DNA of 64,000 bases from Tubulanus polymorphus (lineage: Eukaryota; Animalia; Nemertea), in the NCBI RefSeq assembly GCF_964204645.1, contig NC_134030.1:7917122-7981121 (forward strand), written 5' to 3'. The position numbers were made by a program, and so were the translations under genes. This document shows, piece by piece, positions 52,201 through 64,000 of the stretch. The notes under the pieces are model-generated. The model ran no database searches. It was not told the origin of the DNA and saw nothing but the letters and a program-made list of their open reading frames with translations. The first letter of the stretch is position 1, and each line of letters begins with the position of its first letter.

Positions 52201-55200
52201 ATAGCTGTACAGTTTTAATGAGCCGCGACGAGAGTGTCGAACATCTTTCCGGTTACAGCTACACAATACCCTCAATCAATATGCATTACCATAAAACACG
52301 AAATCCAGAGTGACAACGTACAACTTTTCGATAAGAGCTCATTACAACTTATCATACGAGGTGGGCGACATTTGTAAAACAATCCTTTATCGCCGGCCAA
52401 AGATGCCGTTAACAAGCCATATCTTATCGAACAGCGATGTTGATCTTAGTTACTTGGCTTATCAGACTACTTGCTTCATCAGTTTTAGGAGGCTTCTTGG
52501 ATGGAAATGTAAATAAAGGTAAACGCGAACAAAAATTAAAACCCATTATCAATACTAAAATATAGTTTGCAACGAATGAATTATGTTGATGTTAGTAACT
52601 AACTAGCTTATCCCACGAATTTTCTAACATCGGCTATATACACGTTTATTCTATTTTGAATGCTTTTTTATGTTCGGTATTAATGAACGTAAACCCGAAC
52701 GGGGAATCAGATATATCAATTTTGAACAGGAAGTGTAAACCGATTCGGTTTTTTTTTATATGTAAAGGCCATCCTGATTGATCTACATATTTGGCTGCTA
52801 CACTTTTTACTCTGAAATAATCTTTATCATCCTATTCAAATGTTAAATATGGAAGAATGTAAATTATTGCCTGAAATACATCTCCACGCAATGCTGGTTG
52901 TGCCTGTGGACTGTGTGCCGCGGTGGGAATGCTCCGAGGCATGTTTGACCTTTCCGGGGTACAGTTGTCCAAATTACCTATTTATTTTGTACGATTAACG
53001 ACGTGTAGTCGATGTCAGGCGAAATTGTTTTATCTATCGTGTCATGCTACTGAATTATATACTCGTATCTAATTGTTTTTCCCTGGCAAGCACCGAAATT
53101 CATGACTGACATACAAGTAGCTCATAAATATTCATGAGTTTATCTCATGTGACGTGTTTCGTTCGGTAAGTACCGCTCGACCACGAATCGAGTCGGAGTA
53201 ATGATATTAAAGGCAAAAGGCATTTTGCGTCTCGTCGTTGAAATCCGCGGGCGTCGGCATTTGGAATGCGATTGAGGGTTTTTTTTCTACGAGGAAAAAA
53301 ATGATTTCATGTCGTACGAAGACCGTGGGATCGCTGCACAAAAATTACAAAAATTAAACAATACCGCTGAGCGGCGCTGTTTAGGCATCCTTCTGTGGTC
53401 GATCGATCAACTGCGACGAGATGCATGAAACACAGTCGGGCATACTAATATTGAACGTTAAACTTCCCACTGCTTGCAGAATTCCTGACGGGTCAATTTT
53501 TCTCCATTTGACGGTGTAACACGGAAAGCTAAAGTATCGGTCTGCGAATCCATCGCGGGCGATAATGAATCCCTGTGACATCGATATTGTCCTCGGTAGA
53601 AGGGGGAGGTTCTGAACGAAACGAACATGCTGCGAATACTGACACTCTCGGCTCAGTGAGAAAATTACCTCTCCTGTGACAGTGCAGAAAATTGAAAATA
53701 GCCATCATGTAAAAGTAGAGCCATACGGAAACCTAATTTAGGCTATTTTGGGCAATCGTCGCCGTGCATTTGCTATGCACAACCTTGTTAGTCGAAATAA
53801 GATTAATGTGAAGATTTTGCTATGGGGATTATTGTAACTACGTGTTTATATATCTAGCATTACGTTTATGAACTAAATGATTTACTCTTGCTACATTACT
53901 GTATAGTTCGGTATATGAGCGATCATCAAATGCGGTATCAAAACATTTACATGCAATCTTATGCGCAATTCATTTAGTTTAATTGCCAATTGATAATAAT
54001 CATGCCCCAGACGATAGCAAATAGAGGGATCACGGTCAGTCAGATACACGCCAGAGTCCTCGCAAACACGCTACGCCAGATGCGATTGTAAACAACAACG
54101 TTCCTTTCTAAAAAGGCACTGGACGGCTTTATGACGAACGACCAGCGAATGTATATCATAATTTGCTTGAGCGGTATTTTCAGTAAACATCGCCGCATAT
54201 CGCATAAATTTCCCAGACGTATCTACAGTCGGATCGATGTTCACAATAAAGAACTTCCAGAGAAGAACATGGTCGCGGAATGGCGTATTCAGCCGTGTAA
54301 TTTGTCCGTAATCTTAGCCCTAGCGCATGATAATCAGTTTTGCGAACGATAAAACATATTTATGCATCGCAAACAGCGCTGCGGACGATTCATCATATAT
54401 TCGATTGCTTTCAATTGTTGTCCAATAAAGAAAGTACACGCAACGCCCCTCGAAAGGGTTAATGAAGCGGCAACGAAACACCGGCGTATAAATTGCAAAT
54501 CGTCAGGAAGGTACAGAAAAGTGGCACCTCGGCTATTCGATTAGCCGCCTGATCATTCGAGACAATTCCAAATTTAACACGACACAGCTCCGACCCCGTG
54601 GGAGACGCGCCGAGATGCGGGAAACCACGAAATGTGACATCCAATTTGAAAAAAGCATCTCGCGTGTAATAAAACGGAGTGATATATTGATCTATGTACT
54701 AGTCCAGATTCGTTGTGTATATCTGCGTTTGCATCATTTCTCTAGTGGCTTCGTTTTGCGCGAATTGGCAGCCGCTTTAAAGCGGCGTTCTGTTTCCAAT
54801 GCGTTCGTGTCGAGTTCAAATCAGCACACTTTGACATATTCTTATACCAAAACACAAAACAATCGTCCAGGGAAAAGAAATACAAAAACTTGAAAACAGT
54901 AGGGAAAACGGAACATAGAAAACCGATTCTATCAAAACCATTAGTAAGTTTAAAGTGATAGTAGGTACCAATTAGATTGTTTAACTTTCTAACTTTAAGC
55001 TTTGATGAAATAAATATCTTGCAAACTGTTGCTCTTATGCAAATCAATACATACGAAGGGAGTGTATGATATCTAGTATACTTGTTCATGAAATTGCTTT
55101 AGAGTAGAAATTGATTGATAATTGAATTTTGTGCTATCAAAGTCACCTTATCCGCAAAGATAACATACACTGGGTATATTACATAAAACTCAAACGACAC

Positions 55201-55476
55201 CGGTCGATTTCAAACGAATTGATTCAGTAGTATGAACAAAACTGTAGCGCGCGTTTCATTAGGTATGTTTTTCGAAACGATGGCTGGTAGTCAATGCCTT
55301 AAAAGTGTGGATTCGTTTATGGATGGTTTCTCAATTTCATTGTGTTGATATTCATTCGTTTTTATTTTTGCTTAAGTGCAGCGATGAAAGGGAAACGCTG
55401 AACGGGTGATCCAATCCATCGTTGTTCGGTGCCATCTTTGCCTTTACCTATAGGTGCCAGCGTATCACGCTCGTAC

Positions 55477-55596
<120 letters not shown>

Positions 55597-58500
55597 TGCG
55601 ACGTTTCGGCGACGATCAGTGTGAATGGGTATATCTATGTTGATGGATTTACTATTTCTACGCCTTGATGAATCTCATCAGTCTTTCGTGAGATGTCAAA
55701 TCAAGGCGATTGAGCAATTTTGATGTTTACGCAGGCTGCGCCTTCGACGCATCCATCGATGCTATCTGCGCAGAGGAGGAGGCATCAGTCCGATATATCT
55801 CCTCCACGTCGTAGTCTGTTAGTCTTGGAAAACATATTGCTAATCCGCGTTTCATCCCGGCGCTAGGCTTTTTGGCTTACTGTTGATCCCGCTATCAGCG
55901 AATATACGACCATCCATCCTATGCTCGAGTATCAATAAGACCTATCGGTGTGGTCGGCCAGAGATATCAGCGAAGACGATTGTATTTTTGAACTACCTAT
56001 CAATCACCGGCAGCAGAGCGTTTTGTGTGCAATGGGAACTTATTGAGACGTCATTCCTCAATAGAGAAGAATCAACGCGGAAAACGAGCGATGGCAATTT
56101 ACACATCGAGAAACTATTGGCAATAAATTCAGCCGCGAATGCGCAAAAATAAGACCTCTCGCCGGGCAGCGAATCTAAAGTAATCGACTATGCGATAGTA
56201 AAGGATCAATCTCATTGGCAAGTCTAATTCGAGCCGCGGATAATCTAAGCTAAATTAATGGCGACTTAATTAACTATTTGAGCCGTTCGATTTAATTCAA
56301 CAGACGCGTTAAAACCTCGTTTGGAGAAATAATTCAGCTGTAGTAGTATAGAACAAATACGAAAAATAATCACAGATTTGGTCATTGTTTCTCGTTTTCC
56401 TTAATTTTAGATTAGCAAATTTTAATCATTATGGATGTATGATTGGGGCACAATCGAAAATTTACAAACTGGACGGATTTTTTTCCAACTTTTGTTCCCT
56501 GTAGGTGAATTTTCATTTTACCAACTTGCACTTCAATTAAAATCCGATTTAAATAAATCCAAACCTTACAGATTTCGCAAATAATCTTAAAACCCTAAAC
56601 ATTGCACAATTTCTAGCTGTTAATCAATAATCTGGTCCTGTGCGACCTTAATGTGCCAGTCTTCATTTTGAACGCGTAATTTGATTTAATAACACGTTAC
56701 TTCGTAAAACTGCTATTTTAGATCATTGCATTCGCCCTTCTACCATGTTATGCTTTGGGGATGCATGGACGCAAACATCGCAGTCATCATTCTGTAGTTA
56801 GAATTAGTTCATTTTCAATGTTTTAACTCAGTGTCAAATCTTAACTCGGAAGTGTGGATCTGGGTCCTGTATGATAGATACTGTCTCTGTGAGAGTACCT
56901 CCCGTGGAGTTCAACAGTTGATAGAGTTTTAAACAACTTTGTTTTATTCCGTAATAAGTTTTTTATATGCGCTGTATGCAAATCACGAAAAAAATGCAAG
57001 CTAACAGGATATGATATTCGTTTTCAAGTACAGCTCTATCTTCTCACGGGGTACGATCGTACCGGAAAACATAGTTTGAGCAAGGGAATCTACAGAATAA
57101 AATCCTGAAGTCGCTTTGTGTGTAACTCTGTGAGATATTCTGCCGAGCTCGAGGTTGATTGTAAGTATCAGAAATTCAAGTTTGATTGCATTAAGTTAGT
57201 ATAGCTTGATCGGTTAAAACAAAGGGAGAGAATCTATGCTAAACAATCTAGGCTTGAAGTGTTCTGAAATAGGCTCTCCGAGACCAGCTCTAAGTATTAC
57301 GTGAAATTATAACCACTTTCATCGTCGTTTTCATGAGACTTATACAGAGCTTTATACATGTATGGTGGCATGATAATTTATTTCCAAACTTTGGCATAAT
57401 ATCTAACCATTCGACATTCAACTAAGTGTGGCGATAGGTGACGACCTAGTTCCCCTTAGACAAATAATGCTGGAGTAGGTTTCTGTGATGTAAAAATGTA
57501 CTTTGCAAAAAATGATAGTTTCTAAGCGAACATAGACTTTCGTAACCCAAATTTCATACCCCGCTGTTATATAACTGCTTCGCCAAATGCAATTCAAAAG
57601 AATCAAAAGAATATTGTTGAACCTTAATAGCGCTAGGGCTTTCGGGCGCTTGTAAACACAGTTTTACAACAAAGAATAAATTTTCCATAAATTTGGAAAC
57701 TGTGAACACCGTTCCAGTTATGTTGCCATAAACTATTGGCCGTTGGTGACGTTCCTTTTCTCGTAAACGATGGCTCAAGTTTTGCCGTAAATAATTATCA
57801 AATTCCGACGGGCACTGTTCTGTAGATTTTCACCTTGCCTAAAACCCGCGAAGTTTTGAAAAAGTCGGACGACGCAAGATTTAGCATTTTCATGTAGTAT
57901 ATATGTTTATTACTCATCACAGTTGTACAAAGTGGTCTGATGTGAAACACAATACATATTCATAAAATGTTAACTAGGGAACTGGGCGATCCCGTTCGAA
58001 TAAGTTAATGCCAAAAAGCGTTTTAAACTTTGCTAACACTATCTGAAATTTATGATGAAATGCGATACAGTTTTTTTTCCACTGAATGCGGTACTATCAA
58101 GGTCTATCATGACGAGCAATGTATTGTTCTATCTATATCTCAGCCTTGGCCATTAATGATGTCGGCATGCGTTCTTAAAGAAAATATCTAGGAGCATCGA
58201 TTATTACGACCATTGCAGAAACGCTGTAGACGATGTGTAAAGAAGATCTAATTATCTGAAACAATTATTGCAATAATGTTCTCATTTCATTGTTATAAGA
58301 GCTTCAAGGACATTTTTCATTTGTATAGACACTGATTTGAAATAATGTATCGCTGCACGGAATGATAGAACGAATATTGAAATATACATACTCCCATATA
58401 AATACATTCTTATATATTTGCCTTCAGTCATCATACGGTATTGGATATCAATCACATTTGGACCGGCTAGATATTAAATATGTGCTTACGTACAATTATC

Positions 58501-58952
58501 GACAGGTAACCAGCCTTAAAATCATATAAAAATAGGCCTCTAGGCGAAGCAGCAAGCAAGGAGGATATTGCCTCAATTTTACACTAGCGCCTGTTTCTTT
58601 ATCGTATCAGAGCAGTAATAATATCATAGACGGTTGGGATAATAAACAGTTTGGCGTCTTTTTCACAGGTTTGGTAGATTTAAGGTTTTTGTCAGAAAGT
58701 ATAAAATCTGACATCTTCAAAACAATTCGCGGATCCAGCTATTTCCAATTTTTGCGCTCCCCGCGCCATACTTAACCGAGTTCAATTCCGACGTCCAACC
58801 GTTTGTGTCTGGGTAAAAAAAGTGGAGGGTGGTCCTGTATCTCTTCAAAAACAATATAATAATTTGTTATACTGCCGTCGGGTTGCTGTGGTTACAGCGG
58901 ATATGGAAATAAATAAGCCATTAAGCACCTGAACTGTCAACGTTGCGGTCCT

Positions 58953-59033
58953 TATAAAAGTATCGGTTCATCTTAGTATTCACAGTTCCATATAACGCTA
59001 ACCAGTTGTGTAATATGCCTAGCCGATATACAC
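58953..59033 (+). promoter_or_regulatory. Candidate TATA promoter and short first exon (MPSRYT, phase 1)
   Basis: TATAAAAG at 58953-58960, initiator-like CAGTT ~30 nt downstream, ATG at 59015 and donor GTAAGT at 59034. Confidence 0.55.
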
Positions 59034-59375
59034 GTAAGTGGTTATATCACTTTTTCACGACTTGCAATACGAATAATTTGTGCGCTATAGCACATGTGCA
59101 TATGTATGGGAAAAATTATTCAATTTGATTTTTTTTTCTATCCGCACGCGGCATATAGTATTAACGAATTCTAGATAGGCAATAAGTAGTCAGGCTCGAG
59201 TAATATTTGAGATACATACGTAATATGTGTACATGTACAACGGGCCTTGTATGGGCGCAGTAAACACTTTTTGAGCGATTCAATCCATTAGGTACTACTA
59301 ATCGCAGAAAACAACTCGGGCCAATTTAGACTCGAGTTTCTTCCGGTTCAAACGATTTAAATTATTTCCGTAATT

Positions 59376-61320
59376 TGTTTAGACGCCATAAAAACCCCGT
59401 TACAATAATGTTTATGTACATTGATACCTAGTACGCGTTATTTAAGGGGTTCTGTTTGTGGAGTCGATGTGCACTACGGCATCAATATTGGCGTTGAAAA
59501 ATAAACAATTATAATTGTGAATTTTGTTTTTATTTTGTAATGAGATATATTTCAGAACTCTTATTCTATTTTTGATAATTGTTTTTTTTGAGAGAATGTG
59601 AACTACGTCACCAATATATCGGGCCTAGAAGGGTTGTCTTTCAATTCAATTCAATTATCGATACATTCAAATCCAAAGTAACTTCATTGATCCTTTATAA
59701 AATGTAAATTACTTTTTATTATTCATTGACGACAGGCAATATATCTGTTGTTTTTTAAGGCGACGAATCACGTTGAAGTTTCCTTGTTGTATTCGCTTTT
59801 CTGGTGGAGCTATTCATTTGCGCATATTTCCCATTACTATGCTTTCATACAGACACAAAGGCATTGGACACAAGTGGGCACAGCTAACTGGGCACATCTA
59901 ACTTGGCTCGTATTGTGTTTTCTCTATCTTGCCTATAATTCTGTAATTTTCAATGTACAAGTTGCTTTTTCGTAATAGCGAAAATAGAAAATTTAAAAAA
60001 ATCGATTCGAAAAGGCGCTGGATGAAATAAAATGATTGAAAGAATATGCGCACAAGTGACGGAAGGAAACTGCGTGGAGTGTTCTCGAAACGAAATTACT
60101 GGTCGTAAAGTCGTATGCGTAAATGAACACGTTTATATTTTCTTCACTTTTGATGATATGTTAGTTTTATCTACAATGAATTATTGAACGTTTATATCTA
60201 ATATATAGCGAATGAATATCATACATACTTCAAGCATCGCAAGTGGCCAACATCGTATCGCATGTATTTTATTCAACCACACATTGGTTCGTCCGCAACA
60301 GTATCGACAAAGGGTTAGCAAACAAAGGCGCACTTTCTTCTATGTCATATCAACCGACATTGATGCGATGCTCAAGTGCTGCATCCATTAATTAAATGAA
60401 ATATCATGCCGAAAGATCATTAGTACTAGCTGCTTTCAGTCAGTCGTGCAAAAAACCTTGCAACTACTTACCCTAAAGTCATTTAACAAGAAAACTAACC
60501 TATATTAGTTTTTTTGGCGCGTTGGAAAATACAAAATACATTGCTTGATGTTGTCGACAAAAATGATATTTAGGATCAATAAAGTTATTTTGGATTTGAA
60601 TATATCGATAATTGAATTGAATTGACCGGCAACCAGTCTAGCCCCGATATATTGATGAAGTATTGCATATCCTCTCATAAACGATTATTTGATATGATTG
60701 AAACTTATCGAATTAGAAATAAAAGTAAAGCCTGGTTCACACGAGGTGATTTTTAGTCGCCGGTTGCTGCGATCGGTACTGCACGCGATTCTTGAGCAAT
60801 CAATCGCTTGGCGTCTCCCATGTACTATCACTGCATGAGACGGAGATGCGATTATCGTCACCGGGCCAAACATCTGTATCATGTGCCTTGTCAAGATGGC
60901 CATGCTACTGCCTCGGAGGTCGCCGTATTTGGTAGTATCACATGATAATTGTTCGCTCACTCATTAGCTAGTTGATGAGTTGCTTGTCGCTTGGCGTCTC
61001 CAGCTGCCACACCACGGCAACTCTAGCAATCGATCAGCAATTTCTCAGCGACGAGCAATTTTCCGGAGCAAGTCCTTTCCACAACGAGAAATTTCTTGTC
61101 TCCTGTTACCGCCGACGAGCGGTTTTTTTCGCTCGACAACAAGCAATCATTGCTCGAGAATTGCTAGAAAACGTCACCCGTGTGCGCAAGGCTTTATGAA
61201 ATTGTTATTTTGAAACGCTAAATTTTAATGGCGTAGTGCTCATCGACTCACACAGAACCCATTAAATAACGCATACTAGGTATCAATGTGTATAAACCTC
61301 ATTTTACGGCGTCTAAAGCA
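59376..61320. mobile_element. Old non-autonomous DNA element with long (~390-bp) imperfect inverted arms
   Basis: 59376-59510 mirrors 61197-61320, and ~59530-59765 mirrors ~60510-60725. Confidence 0.8.
60729..61193. mobile_element. Harbinger-like MITE nested in the right arm of the previous element
   Basis: TAA|AGCCTGGTTCACACGAGGTGA ... TCACCCGTGTGCGCAAGGCT|TTA. Confidence 0.78.
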
Positions 61321-63718
61321 ACCTGTCATAGAGAGTCTGAGCTGTCACCTGAATTAGCAATTGTCATCTCTCAACCTAACTATGCACCAGATCAACCCTC
61401 TTAAAAAAAAAAGAATTCACCGCGAAGCGTAAATCTAAACTTCCTCTTAACGGCAAAGCAGATAAGGTACGCTATCAGTGCGGTTAGTTGCGATTCAAAC
61501 AAAACACAACACCGCATATTCGCGTTCGCGGCGCGAAGTTCTTTAGGAGTCGGGTATTCTTTGAATGTTCATATTGAATAACTGGCGAAGAGATGTACAT
61601 TGAGGAAACTATGGTATAGTAAACCTTCCGCAAAAAGAATCGGATTATGTTAGACAACCTTTTGTTATAAGAAAAAAGATATCAAAGTTTATAAGATTAA
61701 ATTTCTCGAAAGAAAAGTGGAAGAAGATAACAAGTGTGAACAAATTAATCGTGAAAGGTTAGGCCTATAGTAAACTCACCATGGACATATCTGTATCTGC
61801 TGTTAACTGAATATATATGAAGTATATATACTTATTGAAACTACTGAAAATATATGCCGTACAAAGGGAACGCTGTAACGAAGGGAATTAACTATTTGTT
61901 CTGATCCTAAGCCAAGAAAAATGGAAAAAAAGATGTTTGGCATTATTTTCTACGAAATTCCTAGTGATATTTACAAGCTTTGAAATGCCATCTGCGATTG
62001 CCACAGAAGACTCATTAGCAGATACGAGATAAAAGAGATCCACATTTGCAGCAAAGAGATTTTGTGTCTTGTATTGAAGTCTCATTTCAATCGTACCGTT
62101 AAAAAGTGTCTGTTGAATTTTTATTTCGTTAGCCAACTCTTTACTGTATCCGCTTATTTCTATTGATTTTTCCATTAACCTTACCAGAAAACTTTCATAT
62201 GAATGTTAGAATGCGGTTTATACAGCGAACGGCTAGAACGCTGCAATTACAACAAAATCGTTAGACGAATGAAACTGTTCAGAATCGGATAATACTTCTT
62301 TTTAGACCGGGCGATGCTCGCAGAGATTTTTCCCGACAGAAATTCATCGTGCCTGGGTGTTGAAATATTAATGTTGTACTGTGGCGTAGAGGCTGGCGAA
62401 TCGGATAAAACGCAAATGACTCGATATATTATAGATAAATCAATTTTGAATCGCGTAGTTCTAAATATCTGTCTGCATACATTTCGGTCGTCGTTCCGAT
62501 CAATCGAATTTAATATACCGGGGGCATGTCTGGTGAAATATGAAAAACACGGCCCCGAGTCTCACGTAACTTATTTAATAAGCGAAAAACAATCGTTTAA
62601 AGACAACATAACACGTAAAATCGAATCATCTGAAACAATCAATACAATTAAAATGGTCGCAGTACAAGTCGAGAAATATACGCAATATCCGTGTAATAAT
62701 AATCCATTCAATACATGAGAGAAATCCCTCAATAATTCAGCCAAAGATGAACAGTTTTTTAGTAGAAGTGTATATATTTGAGCGCCGTTTCGCGCCTGAT
62801 GATGGCTAATAGTCTTTAGTTGAAACGTTGCTCAAATATATACACTTCCATTCAAGAAGCTTTCATTTTTGCCTGAATTATTGTTGGATTTTTCTCGCTG
62901 AATTAATTGTGCAAATTTTGAAATTGAAAATTTCAATACGTCATTCGAAACGTGTTTCAACATTCAATTTTGAAAAATGTATCTCACAAGCTCGCATAGA
63001 ATTCCATTCAGTCACACACTCGGTCGTGCGGGAAATATTATCGTTAATAGTTTTTATCCTATTGATGATTCACGCCACCACAACATAATTTGAATGGATG
63101 GTTTAGTCCCATTTGATACCAGGCTTTCAGCGGTTAGTTAGCTATTATTATCAGGTAGAATTTCGTGCGTCTCAACCCGTTTATTTCCCCTAACGTATAA
63201 CGCAAAAATATCGCCTTAAACATAATTGACCATAATCGCACTAAATCTGAGTCGTTCGTCGCCCTTTTAACGTCAAATTGCGATACCCAACTTTCGAAGT
63301 TTTAGGTTCGCAGTATACGCCAACAAACTGAATGAGTAACAGAATAGTTAATTTTGGCGTGCAGTGTCGTAAAAGTTATTTTTTCGTCAGCAGTTGATGG
63401 ATTTATCAAAATGAAAAAAAAGAATACACGTAAGCCGCACAATCGGCAGATTACAACACGCGAAATGTGTTAATCGAAACTTTACATTATTGATGATGAC
63501 GTTTTTCAGGCTGTCTGTATTGGGACTAATCATCGACGCGTCATGAGCGAACGCGATCAATAAAACAGCGACACGGAAGCTAGTTTCTGTCGCTCTAGCT
63601 TTCCTATATTTCTATCGATAGGTGGCCGAAATCTCGTTTCTTTGCTGTAACTATTTTAGAACTTGTTGAACCTCTCAGCAGCTTCGCGATGAAATTTTTT
63701 ACAATTCAGAACCCTGGC

Positions 63719-63940
<222 letters not shown>

Positions 63941-64000
63941 TCGATGACGATGCTGGGCATTGTCGGCGTTTGGAATTTCTGGCTGATTTTGAAGTATGAA

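Noticed and set aside
61888-62718. 95-aa and 134-aa ORFs, and a DVWHYF BED-finger-like fragment on the plus strand
   Set aside because: No recognisable domain, and the fragment is followed immediately by stops.

Overview
Eukaryotic, intron-rich, AT-rich animal DNA, probably a lophotrochozoan invertebrate (an inference from gene content), so most entries in the ORF track are exon pieces or antisense shadows. The first ~35 kb is gene-dense. It holds three tetraspanin paralogs (the first runs off the left edge), a degraded spliced ORF, PCTP/STARD2, a family-B (Mth/adhesion-like) GPCR with one frameshift, two tandem intronless rhodopsin-type GPCRs, ZPR1, and a myophilin/transgelin-type calponin-homology gene. 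I built all exon chains by hand; they close in frame with canonical splice sites. Two introns are minor-spliceosome (U12) type: GT-AG in PCTP and AT-AC in ZPR1. From ~35 to 64 kb there is no recognisable CDS, only candidate first exons/promoters, MITE-like inverted-repeat elements (one nested) and (TA)n tracts. The most unusual observations are (1) two tandemly duplicated 63-nt alternative first coding exons on a calponin-family gene lacking the C-terminal calponin repeat, (2) a phase-consistent three-exon frame interrupted only by TGA for ~268 codons, and (3) a 39-bp palindromic mini-element with a 5-bp target duplication. I found no prokaryotic-type system (CRISPR, defence island) and cannot claim a demonstrably novel system.
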